A DNA stretch of 64,000 nucleotides from a virus. This document shows, one piece after another, positions 30,198 to 39,563 of the stretch. The translations under genes and the position numbers were made by a program. Numbering within the stretch: the stretch's first letter is position 1; every line of letters starts with the position of its first letter. The stretch is taken from the IMG/VR virus record IMGVR_UViG_3300015607_001859, one strand, 5' to 3'. The notes beneath the pieces were generated by a model, which was not told the DNA's origin, ran no database searches, and was given only the letters and a program-made list of their open reading frames with translations.

Positions 30198-30267
30198 GTA
30201 CACGCGGCACCCGCCGACCACGCGCCGCGATTGGCGCGATATCGCAAGTAGTTGGAGACGTTGGTAT

Positions 30268-32280
30268 ATGCCGACACAAGTTGACGAGGCCCGCGACGGC
30301 GGTACGACTCTGTCACCGCTGCTGCAGGAACTGCACCATCGCGTTCTTGCGCAGCAGCCCGCGCTGGTTGTCGACACTGTCGAACATCGGCGGTTCACGG
30401 ACGATGTTCTGGGCATTTTCTCGGCAGACTTGCCGCCGGAAGAGCAGCCGGACGCCGTACTGACATACGATCTGATTCGCGGATTGCGCCTGGCTGGGCT
30501 GCACCGCGATCACCCATTCTACGGGCAGATCAACCACGACAAGATCAGCCCCGCGCAGTTCGATCTCGATATCGCGACGAATGGCCCGGAAATCCTCTGG
30601 AATCGTCCGGTACCGTCGTTGTTGCTGTCGGACTTGAAGAGTCGCAATCTCGCCGCGTTGAGCGCGCGCGCACCCACGCGGCTGACTGACCCGGTCATCA
30701 TGAACGAATTCCTGAGTACCCGGGACGAGTCGGCCGCGTTCCACTACGTGCAAAGCTGCGACGCGTATCCGTACGGTGCGATCCTCTGCAATCGCATGCC
30801 GTTTTGCGAAGTGATCGTGCTGCTGTACCACTTCGGAAAGATGCTGCGGAATACTGGCGTCCACGTAAGCTGGGTCGGAGTCCTCAACAGCCTGCAGCTC
30901 AGCGTGAAGCTGGATCGCGTACCCGGCAACGAATTGCGGCCGCGCAGCCCGGCGCTGACCACAGCGCGCGCCAGTACCGGACGTGACAGCGCGAACAAGT
31001 ACGACGACGTGACCACGACGCGCGTACCGATCATCGTCGACAACACGGTCGAACTCGCGCCGGACGTGCTGGGCTCCCTGGCCACGTTGCAGTACCCGTT
31101 GCCGGACCGCGAGGCACTCGGACGTCTCGCGACGATGTGGATTACGCAAGCCGGACACGACGCGCCAAGTCCGTCGGATTTGTACACGCTGACGCGCGCG
31201 CTGGCTGGCATGACCGAGCGCCAGGCCGTCAACGCCATCTGCTTGGCGCTCACGCAGTTCGACAATCCGTGCTCCGAGGATGCGCTGCGTACTATCGAGG
31301 CCGAGAAGATGGTCGCACTGGCGGCCACGCAGCTCGAGTACATTCCGGTGGATCGCTTGCCGCGTGCTGAGCATATTGCCGGCTACGATCGGTACAAGGA
31401 GTGGTTGACGACCGTGCGCGCGACGTACTCGCGCGAAGCGGCTGACGCTGGAATTCCACGGCCACGCGGTGTGCTGTTGCTCGGAATTCCCGGCACCGGC
31501 AAAAGCGTCACGGCGATGCTGACAGCCAGCGTCCTGGGCGTACCGTGCGTACGGCTGGATTTCTCGGCGCTGTTCCAGGGGATTGTGGGCGCCAGCGAGA
31601 GCGCGATGCGCCAAGTGTTGCGTACGATTCGCGGCCTCGGCGATTGCGTCGTGTTCATCGACGAAATCGACAAAGGTCTTGCCGGTAACGAGTCTGGTGC
31701 CGCTACTACCGACTCTGGCGTCACGAAGCGTATCTTCGGGCAACTGCTGTCATTCATGGCCGAGAACGTTACCGGCGCGTTCGTCGTCATGACCGCCAAC
31801 CGCGTCAACGCCCTGCCGCCCGAAACGTTCCGGCTCGGGCGCGTTGACGCCGTCTGGTTCGTCGACATGCCCACGCCTGCCGAGGCCGAAGCGATCTGCC
31901 GCGTCCACCTGCGCAAAAATCGTGTCGACACGCAGGTGCTCGACAACGCGCCGCCGGCCAAGCTGGAGCAGCTGCGCGCACAGCTGTCCGAACTCGTCGG
32001 ATCGGAGATCGAACACGGTGTCGTGATTCCGGCAATCCGCGCGGCGTGGGCCGAAAACGCCAGGCCCGTCACGATCGACGACCTGATCGCCCACGCCGCG
32101 GAAAGTATGCGCAGTTCGATCAAGACGCGCTACCAAGCCGATCTCGATGCGATCCGGACGCGCAGCAGCAGTGGCGCGCGCCCCGTCAGCTCCGAATCCG
32201 GCACAACCGGCGTCGTGGTACACAAGCAGTCGCGCACGCCGGATCGCAAGGCGCGCCGCGCCGCCGACTCCCAGAACTGA
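30268..32280 (+). CDS. Ycf46-like AAA+ ATPase
   Basis: Walker A GIPGTGKS, Walker B VFIDEIDK, DSGVTKRIFG, TANRVNALPPE..R.GRVD; degenerate N-terminal AAA domain. Confidence 0.85.
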   Translation: MPTQVDEARDGGTTLSPLLQELHHRVLAQQPALVVDTVEHRRFTDDVLGIFSADLPPEEQPDAVLTYDLIRGLRLAGLHRDHPFYGQINHDKISPAQFDLDIATNGPEILWNRPVPSLLLSDLKSRNLAALSARAPTRLTDPVIMNEFLSTRDESAAFHYVQSCDAYPYGAILCNRMPFCEVIVLLYHFGKMLRNTGVHVSWVGVLNSLQLSVKLDRVPGNELRPRSPALTTARASTGRDSANKYDDVTTTRVPIIVDNTVELAPDVLGSLATLQYPLPDREALGRLATMWITQAGHDAPSPSDLYTLTRALAGMTERQAVNAICLALTQFDNPCSEDALRTIEAEKMVALAATQLEYIPVDRLPRAEHIAGYDRYKEWLTTVRATYSREAADAGIPRPRGVLLLGIPGTGKSVTAMLTASVLGVPCVRLDFSALFQGIVGASESAMRQVLRTIRGLGDCVVFIDEIDKGLAGNESGAATTDSGVTKRIFGQLLSFMAENVTGAFVVMTANRVNALPPETFRLGRVDAVWFVDMPTPAEAEAICRVHLRKNRVDTQVLDNAPPAKLEQLRAQLSELVGSEIEHGVVIPAIRAAWAENARPVTIDDLIAHAAESMRSSIKTRYQADLDAIRTRSSSGARPVSSESGTTGVVVHKQSRTPDRKARRAADSQN

Positions 32281-32371
32281 TACGCACGCAGGGGTCGCGC
32301 GGTGGTCGGGACTGCCGCGCTGTGTGTATAGTTGAGTGGTTTGACCAGGTTCATTTTGCAGGAGACATGAA

Positions 32372-32776
32372 GTGTCGCACACCGTATCAGTGAAGACGCA
32401 GGTGAAGGACGCCGCGCTTGTCGAAGCGGCTGCTCGTGAGGTTGGTGCCACTTACCTGGGCGTGGGCAGCCACAAGCTGTTCCAGGGGTCCAAGCAGGGG
32501 ATCGGCGTCAAGTTCACCGGCTGGCAGTATCCGGTTGTGTTCGGCGAGGACGCCGTGCACTTCGACAATTACGAGGGAGCGTGGGGCGATCGCAAGCAGC
32601 TTGATCGCTTCACCCAGGAATACGCTGCTCAGGGCGCGCTGCGGCACGTGCGCAGCAATCCGGCGTACGCGCAGGCCGAGATCATGCGCAGCACGCTCAA
32701 GGACGGCTCAATCGAGCTCACCGTCTCCCTGGCCTCGTCGAGTGTCGATGCCGGCACCGACCCGTTTCAGGGCTAG
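32372..32776 (+). CDS. DUF1257/Ycf35-like protein
   Basis: MSH...VKTQVKD...GW.YPV...FDNYEGAWG...L..F.QEYA...DGSIELTV; AGGAG RBS. Confidence 0.7.
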   Translation: MSHTVSVKTQVKDAALVEAAAREVGATYLGVGSHKLFQGSKQGIGVKFTGWQYPVVFGEDAVHFDNYEGAWGDRKQLDRFTQEYAAQGALRHVRSNPAYAQAEIMRSTLKDGSIELTVSLASSSVDAGTDPFQG

Positions 32777-32938
32777 CGCGTTCGACGGGCACGTCGCCGC
32801 AGCGCTTGGCCGCGGCGACGCGCTGGTTTTGTTGACGACAACAACGGCGGCCGAACTCGATCGGGCCTCCGCCGTTGTTGCGGACATTTTCGCGCAGTGC
32901 GAGTAGCTGCGCACGCAGTCCTGACCATGGAGTACGGT

Positions 32939-33175
32939 ATGACGAATAACACTGGCGCGGCTTGCGGGTTGTCGACGGGACCCCGCCGCATTGTGATCAC
33001 TGTTTCACCGACGGCCGACGTACGCGTCGACGCGCAGGGCTTTCGCGGCCAGGGGTGCCAGGCGCTGACCAGCGCGCTCGGCGCGGCTCTCGGTATCGAG
33101 ACCGCCGCCACGGTAAAGCCGGAGTTCTACGAGGAAATCCCGGCGCAGCCCGCTGTCGTGCAGCAGACGCTCTGA
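32939..33175 (+). CDS. DUF2997-like protein
   Basis: IVITVSP...VRVDAQGFRGQGC..LT..L..ALG......KPEFY. Confidence 0.75.
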   Translation: MTNNTGAACGLSTGPRRIVITVSPTADVRVDAQGFRGQGCQALTSALGAALGIETAATVKPEFYEEIPAQPAVVQQTL

Positions 33176-33585
33176 TGTCGCAGCGCGTACAACAGCTGGT
33201 CATCAGTCCGGAGGGTGTCGTCGTGCACACACACGACGACACCCTGTCGGCGATCACCGCGCGGCTCGGTGAGCAAAGCATCCGCCGCGCCAGCCATATC
33301 GACCGCTGGGACGATCTGTCGCCAGCCGCTCAGCAGGCATACGCCGACACTTACGCGATCAGCCTGCCACCCGGCGACGACGTGCTGGCCACATTGCGTA
33401 CGCGCTGGTTTGTCGACCTGCTGCCATCAGGCGGTCCCGTGTGCACGTTCAGCACGCGCGGCGCCGCGCTGTCCTACGAAACCGACTGGCTGCGTGCGCG
33501 CGACTCCGGTCGCGACCGACCACAGCCGCCTGCTATGGAGCTTTGCACGAATGACGACACCAAGCGCGCCGCCGACGGCGGATGA
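33175..33585 (+). CDS. hypothetical protein of the Ycf46/DUF1257/DUF2997 cluster
   Basis: TGATG overlap; LVISPEG...IRRASHI...WFVDL.P.GGP...F..R.AAL..E..WL pattern. Confidence 0.6.
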   Translation: MSQRVQQLVISPEGVVVHTHDDTLSAITARLGEQSIRRASHIDRWDDLSPAAQQAYADTYAISLPPGDDVLATLRTRWFVDLLPSGGPVCTFSTRGAALSYETDWLRARDSGRDRPQPPAMELCTNDDTKRAADGG

Positions 33586-34555
33586 TGTACTTGGGCCGGA
33601 CAACCGCGTTGTGTTGTCCCACATCGAATCAAACTACGAGTTGCTGCGCATCTGTGTGCACTGTCCGCAGATGCAGCGCCAGGTAGACGAGGCTACCGTC
33701 ACGGTCGGCACCACTGAGCTGGAGTCGTCTGGCGTGTCGGTTTCGTGGCAACTCCTGCCGCCGGCCGTACGGCAGGAGCTCCAAGGGATCTCCGCTGCTT
33801 GCCGCGCTATCATCAATAGCCGCAGCGTGCCGTTCGCCAGCCGCCGTCGCGGCGGCGTCCGCGAGAACGTAGTCCCGGGGCTCTACCTCGTACCGCGCCG
33901 CGCTGTGCCGGAGCTGGTCACCCGCCTGCGTGAGTACGAGACCGAGATGCGCGCCGTTTTCGACCGGCACGCACCTGACGACCAGACGCTGCAAGCACTG
34001 GTACGTGACCATGTCGGCGCGGACGCGTTCACTATCGTCGAGCAGCAGTTGCCGTCCGTGGCTTCGCAGCGTGCGAAACTGCGCATCGACATCACGGCGT
34101 TCACAATCGCATCAACGCCGAGCGCTGCTGTCGACCCCGAGCAGCAGGCCGCGCAAGCGGCTGCCGTCGTGCGCCAGGCTGTCCTGGAGCCGCGCGAGCG
34201 CGTGGCTGACGCACTTGCGCGCTTGACCGAGCTGATTCGCCGCGACGGCCGCGTAACCAACCGATCGTTCGCGCCGGTGCTCGCGGCGATTGCCGCGGTG
34301 GACAACTTCCCGGACGCTACCGACAGCGTGTTGCGTGACGCTCTGGCCACGTTGCGGACTACGCTCGGGAATGTCGTTCCGGCGCAGCAGACATGCGAGA
34401 TCGCGACTGCGACCGGGCTGCTTGCGCAGCTTGAACATGCGGCCAGCTTGTGTCGAGCTCCTGACGTCGCCGAGGCGCGACTGGCCACGATTCGGATGGG
34501 ACGCGCGCCGCGACGCGCAGCTCGCCGCCCTGATCCGGTTGGCGCCACGACGTGA
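33551..34555 (+). CDS. DUF3150-like protein
   Basis: LLPP..RQEL..I...R......SVPF......GLYLVP pattern; cluster context. Confidence 0.5.
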   Translation: MTTPSAPPTADDVLGPDNRVVLSHIESNYELLRICVHCPQMQRQVDEATVTVGTTELESSGVSVSWQLLPPAVRQELQGISAACRAIINSRSVPFASRRRGGVRENVVPGLYLVPRRAVPELVTRLREYETEMRAVFDRHAPDDQTLQALVRDHVGADAFTIVEQQLPSVASQRAKLRIDITAFTIASTPSAAVDPEQQAAQAAAVVRQAVLEPRERVADALARLTELIRRDGRVTNRSFAPVLAAIAAVDNFPDATDSVLRDALATLRTTLGNVVPAQQTCEIATATGLLAQLEHAASLCRAPDVAEARLATIRMGRAPRRAARRPDPVGATT

Positions 34556-35340
34556 CCCGCGGCGCGGAAGATCCGATCGAGTACAGCTCCGGCGCGCTGG
34601 ACGAGGCAGTCGCGCGCTTTCGACCGCAGTTGGGGGCGCCCATTAACAGGAAGCTGGGCGGTAGCGCGCACACATGGTCGATTCCGGCGCTCACGACTTG
34701 TCCGGGCGCCACGGCAGAGTGCAGTAGCTGCTGCTACGCGCTGTCCGGCTTTCTGAGCTACCCCAGCGTGCGCGCTACGCACGAGCGGAACTACGCGTTC
34801 AGCCACACCGACCACTTTGTGGCATGGATGAGGTCGCAACTGATTCGCGAGGGAGTGCGCCTACTGCGCGTACACGTCGCCGGCGACTTTTACAGTGGCG
34901 CGTACGTTCGCAAATGGATCGCCGTAGCGCGCGCTGTCCCGCACGTCAGATTCTGGGCCTACACGCGCAGCTGGCGTACAAACCAGTTTGCGATTCCCGA
35001 TCCGGATATGCGCCCGGCGCTCGCCGCCCTGTCCGAGTTGCCGAACGTCGCACTCTGGTTGTCCGAGGACTCCGAGACTGGCGCGGCGCCGCGCGCCGTT
35101 GTACCCCGCGCGCGGCGCGCGTTCATGGCGCGCACTGACGCGCGGTTGAAGCTGGTACCGAAAACCAGTTCTCTGGTTTTTCGGAACAGTACCGCCACTG
35201 TCGTCAAACGCGTTGGTACCGCGCTCGTGTGTCCTGTCGAGAACGGTACCAAACCGCTGCTGAAGCTAACGTGCGCAACGTGCCAGCTTTGCTTCAATCC
35301 GTCACGGGCACGACACCTGCCGCCCGCGCCGCTGCAGTAA
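34552..35340 (+). CDS. GP88-family (radical-SAM-like) protein
   Basis: NRKLG...WSIPA..TCPGAT..C...CYA, RVHVAGDFYS, FWAYTRSW, LWLS.D; C-terminal CP...C..C.LC. Confidence 0.8.
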   Translation: MTRGAEDPIEYSSGALDEAVARFRPQLGAPINRKLGGSAHTWSIPALTTCPGATAECSSCCYALSGFLSYPSVRATHERNYAFSHTDHFVAWMRSQLIREGVRLLRVHVAGDFYSGAYVRKWIAVARAVPHVRFWAYTRSWRTNQFAIPDPDMRPALAALSELPNVALWLSEDSETGAAPRAVVPRARRAFMARTDARLKLVPKTSSLVFRNSTATVVKRVGTALVCPVENGTKPLLKLTCATCQLCFNPSRARHLPPAPLQ

Positions 35341-36247
35341 AGTCGTCCACGTCGTCATCCGCGAGAGTCGGCAGCACAAGCGCCAGCTTGTGCTGCGCGA
35401 CACCGCCCGTCACGACGTCCAACAGATCGTCTGCTCGAGTACCAAGCCACGCGCGGAGCTGCGTCGGGTCCAGGCGCTGTGCCAGCTGCGCCGTCGCGTA
35501 CTTTGTCCCATCGGGCAGGGTCACCGTCGCCAGTTTCTCCAGGCGTTCCGTGACGCGGGTGTTGGCGTGCAGCTGCCGCTCTGGCGGCAGCAGCCCTGAC
35601 GTCTTATACAGCGGGACGATTCCGCGGCGAGCGTCGAGCTCCGCCAGCTCGTCGACGAGCTGGCGGAGCGTGGCTTGGTCCGGGACCCGCTGAACGGCAA
35701 CCGCCATCTTTCGCAGCTTTCCGCCGTCCTCGCCGCGTAGAACGGCGGCCCGCTTTCCGAGCGCGTCGCGAATGTCTTCAACACGGCACGTACCGTCGCC
35801 GCTCTGCAGCAGCAGCTCGTGCGTCATATCGTTCGGTAGCGTCATACCGAGCTGCGCGGCGCGCTCCAGTACGCGCGTCGCGATTTTGCGCCGGACGGAC
35901 GGCTCGACATAGTCGTCGCCGTGCGCGCCGTCGTTGCGCGTCACGAAGTCGGTTGCGTCGGAGATGTCGCGCGCCGTACGCAGCGGAAAGTACTTGCAGT
36001 CGTCCTTGACGATCGCGAAAAACCGCGCGTCAGTTGCGGCAGTCTTCGACACGGGTAAGATCGCGTCAACGCTGTCGATCACGTTCATGAGCGCGGCGGC
36101 TGCGCGCGTCTGGGCCACCCACAGCGGTTCTGGCGCCGCCTCCGCCGCCAACACGGCTGCTGTTTTCAGCACAGCGTCTGGGGTGTCCAACGGCAGCGGG
36201 CACTCAGGGTCACGAAGCATGGTCTTGTCTCGCGGTTTGTGTGTCAT
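35294..36247 (-). CDS. hypothetical protein with a DUF6582-like motif (possibly head-associated)
   Basis: KYFPLRTARDISDATDF...RRKIATRVLERAAQLG. Coding-like codon bias on the minus strand; ATG 36247 or 36220. Confidence 0.55.
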   Translation of the reverse strand: MTHKPRDKTMLRDPECPLPLDTPDAVLKTAAVLAAEAAPEPLWVAQTRAAAALMNVIDSVDAILPVSKTAATDARFFAIVKDDCKYFPLRTARDISDATDFVTRNDGAHGDDYVEPSVRRKIATRVLERAAQLGMTLPNDMTHELLLQSGDGTCRVEDIRDALGKRAAVLRGEDGGKLRKMAVAVQRVPDQATLRQLVDELAELDARRGIVPLYKTSGLLPPERQLHANTRVTERLEKLATVTLPDGTKYATAQLAQRLDPTQLRAWLGTRADDLLDVVTGGVAQHKLALVLPTLADDDVDDFTAAARAAGVVPVTD

Positions 36248-38654
36248 CGCCGCAGACGCCGTACTTGGGCGGTACGGCGTCTGCGCGGCCGGGGGTCGCG
36301 CGCGGTGTCCGCTTTGCGGCCGCGGTAAAACGCCATTATTGCGGACCGCCACGTTGGGGGTCTACGCCGATACGGCAAGCAATCACCCCTGGTTTGTGTG
36401 CGACGCCTGCGAATTTGCCGGCAGTGCGTTCGATCTCGTGTCGCGTATGGATTCCGTATCGCTGACAGAGGCCGCAGCTATCCTGCGCTGTAGTTCGGAG
36501 GCTGGCGCGGACACGGTGTCGCCGGCATGGAGCCACGCAGTTTCTCTGGCGCACCAGTACGGCCGCATAGCGACCGCGTGGAACAGCGCCGCGCAACTCA
36601 CGGGTCAGCAGGTTGCGGCTGCTGTCAGTCCGCTTGTGGGCCGCGAGCTTGGCAGCAGCTGGGACGCGTTGCGGCTCCACGACCTACTGCGCTACGTCAA
36701 GCCACAAGACTGCCCCGCCGCCGTGCAGCGCGCGTTGTGGCGAGAGCGCGGCCGCGGCCGCGTGCGTATACCGCGCATCGTCGCTCCGCTGGAGGATCTG
36801 CCGGGACGGATATGCGCGCTATTGGAGTGGCGCGATGACGCGGCCATGCCGATGCTGGGGCACGTAACGCGCGCTACGGTCGTTTTCGGGCTGCGCGCAG
36901 CCCACGCAGATAACGCCCCGGAACGCCTGCTGCTGCTGCCGACCGCACGGCGCGCCGTACGACAACAGCTGCTCGATCGGGCCGCGTACGCCGGGCCATC
37001 ATGCGCGCTTGGCGCCGTATTCGGGCGCGAGTCGAACGGGTATTTGCGCGAGCTGGCGCCGCGCTTGGTGCTGGTCGTCCCGGCCGATAAACGCCCGACG
37101 CCGCGTATGCTGCGCGAGGCGGCCGCGGCTGACATGCGCATATTCCGGGGAGTGCTCCGCGGATCGACGTCGCGCGCCTGGGCCGCGCAAGCCCATAAAT
37201 CGAGCAGGGGTTGGTTGTCGGTGCTCGCCGCAACACTGGTCGACCAGCCAGTATCGACAGCCGCCGCGTACCTGCGCGAAATGTGCTTGCCTGGTGCGCA
37301 ACTGCAGCAGGCGCTCGACACGCTGCCCAAGCTCCGTCGCCGGCAGGTGGCGGCCGCTCTCGGGCAGCTGGACGACACAGTCGCGTTTGGCCCGTGGATC
37401 ATTCGGGCGCGCGGCGGTTACCTGTACGCCGACGGATCCAGCGCTCCGCTGTCCGACGCCGTCGTGCGTATCACCGATGCGACCGAAACACCGCGCGGCG
37501 AGATGTTGCGCGGGCGCGTAGACTGGGCCGGCCGCGTATCTGCCGCATTCAGCGTGCCTGCGACAACGTTGTACGACGACGCGTATAAGTGGTTGGTCCG
37601 TTTTTCCGGAATGCGCCGGATGCCGGTACCGTATGTGGCGCCGGACCTGCGCCCGCACATTCTCGCACTGGGTATGACACTAGGTCGCGTGCAGTACCAA
37701 GCGCGCACACCCCCTGTCGGCTACGACGAGAAGACGCAGCAACTGGTGCTGGCACGCTACTCCATCGGCCACGATGGCACGATAGCGCCGTGCACGCGTC
37801 CGGGAGTCGCGCCTGGTAACTTACCACGGCCGCTCCAGCTGACGCAGGCCTTGGTACAGCAGGTATCTGCCGCGCCTGAGTGGAGTATGGTCTTTAACGC
37901 GATCTGTTACATCAGCGCGACAGTGCTACGGCGTTTCTTCGGTGAGACGGCGCCGCAGTACCCGCTGCTGGTGCTGGGACCAGCCGCTACGCGCCTAGCA
38001 CGCGCGGCCCCGGTCGCTTTCGGCTGCCTGCCAGACGGGCGTACTACACCAGACGCCGTTGTAGCGGCTACGGCGGCTCATGACTGGCCGCGCGTGGCCA
38101 CCTATGGCGCGACTGATACGGCACCGGCCCTATCGCGCGCGCGGGCGTGCTTCATCGCCTTTCGATACGAGCTCAGCGCCATTCACGCTATCGTCCACGC
38201 GCCTGTCGAGGCCGCTCTCGTGACGCGCGCGGCCAGCAATACCGGCGCGCGCGGCTTGGATTCGCGCTTCACCGACGTGCTGGCCGCGTTTTTGTACTAC
38301 GTCATGCAGTGTAGCCGTCCGCAGCTTGCCGCAGCGCGTGGTACTGTTTCTTGCGTCGCGTATGTGCGCCGCCTGCTGGCGGCGTGGTGGCGGGAGCACG
38401 GCGGGCGCGTACCGAACCTCGGGCTGTGCGATGACGCTGGCGCCTTGGAGTACGCGCTCGGGCGCATACTCCGCGGATGCCACTACCGCACTGGCGATCC
38501 GGTTAACAGTCACGAGCTCGCCGCGCGCGCAGCGCGCGTCTTCGGTCGGCATTTTGACGCAACAGCCGTTTTCGAGCGAGCGCGCGCCGCCGGCTTGGCC
38601 GTTGGCGTATACGACTCGTGGCACCTATGCAACAGAGGGGTTGGTAATGGCTAA
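36219..38654 (+). CDS. large protein with an N-terminal primase-type zinc finger (CHC2-like); degenerate primase-like
   Basis: CPLC...WFVCDAC..AGSAFDL....SLTEA zinc-binding pattern. No clear acidic TOPRIM motifs downstream; start uncertain. Confidence 0.5.
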   Translation: MVLSRGLCVIAADAVLGRYGVCAAGGRARCPLCGRGKTPLLRTATLGVYADTASNHPWFVCDACEFAGSAFDLVSRMDSVSLTEAAAILRCSSEAGADTVSPAWSHAVSLAHQYGRIATAWNSAAQLTGQQVAAAVSPLVGRELGSSWDALRLHDLLRYVKPQDCPAAVQRALWRERGRGRVRIPRIVAPLEDLPGRICALLEWRDDAAMPMLGHVTRATVVFGLRAAHADNAPERLLLLPTARRAVRQQLLDRAAYAGPSCALGAVFGRESNGYLRELAPRLVLVVPADKRPTPRMLREAAAADMRIFRGVLRGSTSRAWAAQAHKSSRGWLSVLAATLVDQPVSTAAAYLREMCLPGAQLQQALDTLPKLRRRQVAAALGQLDDTVAFGPWIIRARGGYLYADGSSAPLSDAVVRITDATETPRGEMLRGRVDWAGRVSAAFSVPATTLYDDAYKWLVRFSGMRRMPVPYVAPDLRPHILALGMTLGRVQYQARTPPVGYDEKTQQLVLARYSIGHDGTIAPCTRPGVAPGNLPRPLQLTQALVQQVSAAPEWSMVFNAICYISATVLRRFFGETAPQYPLLVLGPAATRLARAAPVAFGCLPDGRTTPDAVVAATAAHDWPRVATYGATDTAPALSRARACFIAFRYELSAIHAIVHAPVEAALVTRAASNTGARGLDSRFTDVLAAFLYYVMQCSRPQLAAARGTVSCVAYVRRLLAAWWREHGGRVPNLGLCDDAGALEYALGRILRGCHYRTGDPVNSHELAARAARVFGRHFDATAVFERARAAGLAVGVYDSWHLCNRGVGNG

Positions 38655-39531
38655 CGACGGACGCCTCGGGCGCCGCCCACGACGCGCCGGCGCTCCCGCG
38701 CATACGCCGCCGGTAACCGCCGCGCCAGCGGCCCAGTCTGTACCGGGCGGCACGAACACGACGCGCTACTGGGACGCTGACTTCATCGTCGGTGCCACGG
38801 CGCCCACAGCTACGTACACGCTGGTGCCGCGCCGGCCAGGTACAGACTGGGCGGCGCTGGATACAGGCGGCGTACCGACGCTGACGCGCGACAACCGCAG
38901 TATCGAGGCCGCGTGGATGCGCGCCGACATCGTGTTACAGACAGTCTCGTACACGCGTCCCGTCGGTGCCACTTGGCTGCACGCCTGCTGGCTGTCCGAC
39001 ATTCTGGCCGAACCGCGCTCGTTACCGGGGCAGTATGTCGTGTGGTTGTTCGGGCGTCTGTTGTCGGCGACAGCGGTATTGCACGCGGACGGCATGTGCT
39101 ACAACCGCATGCTGCCTGAGACGGTTATCGTTAACCAGGACGATCACGCGGTACTGCTCGCTGATTGGCGTAGCGCTCTTGTTGCGAATCGCCAGTTCGC
39201 GCCAGGGCCGACGTGGTCGCCGCTGGTTCTGGCCGGACTGGCGCCGCGCAGAGCTCAAGACTGTCATGCTGGAAAGTTTTTCGATCCGGCGTACGATGTT
39301 GCTGGCTTGGTAGGAATACTGACGCGGATGACTGACCTTACCACCGGTGCCGATCACTTCTGGCTGAATCGGTACCTGGCGTGGCTTCGCCACGCTTCCC
39401 GCACCGGGTGCGCTATTACAGCCAGCCACGTGCGGGATTGGTATGCGGCAGCGGGTAGCGTTTACGGACCGGCGCGCCGCCACAACTTCACTGTGCAGAT
39501 GCCGCAGGCTCCGCTGTTTGGCGCCTCGTAG
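38647..39531 (+). CDS. degenerate Ser/Thr kinase-like protein
   Basis: WLFGRLLSATAVLHADGMCYNRMLPETVIV...HAVLLADW and PAYDV C-lobe-like motifs; HRD and DFG are altered. Confidence 0.6.
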   Translation: MANDGRLGRRPRRAGAPAHTPPVTAAPAAQSVPGGTNTTRYWDADFIVGATAPTATYTLVPRRPGTDWAALDTGGVPTLTRDNRSIEAAWMRADIVLQTVSYTRPVGATWLHACWLSDILAEPRSLPGQYVVWLFGRLLSATAVLHADGMCYNRMLPETVIVNQDDHAVLLADWRSALVANRQFAPGPTWSPLVLAGLAPRRAQDCHAGKFFDPAYDVAGLVGILTRMTDLTTGADHFWLNRYLAWLRHASRTGCAITASHVRDWYAAAGSVYGPARRHNFTVQMPQAPLFGAS

Positions 39532-39563
39532 CTTTTTTGTCCCCTGATTATGGAGTATGCCAC

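Noticed and set aside
32327..32332. TATAGT as a -10 promoter element
   Set aside because: No matching -35 or properly spaced extended -10; insufficient support.
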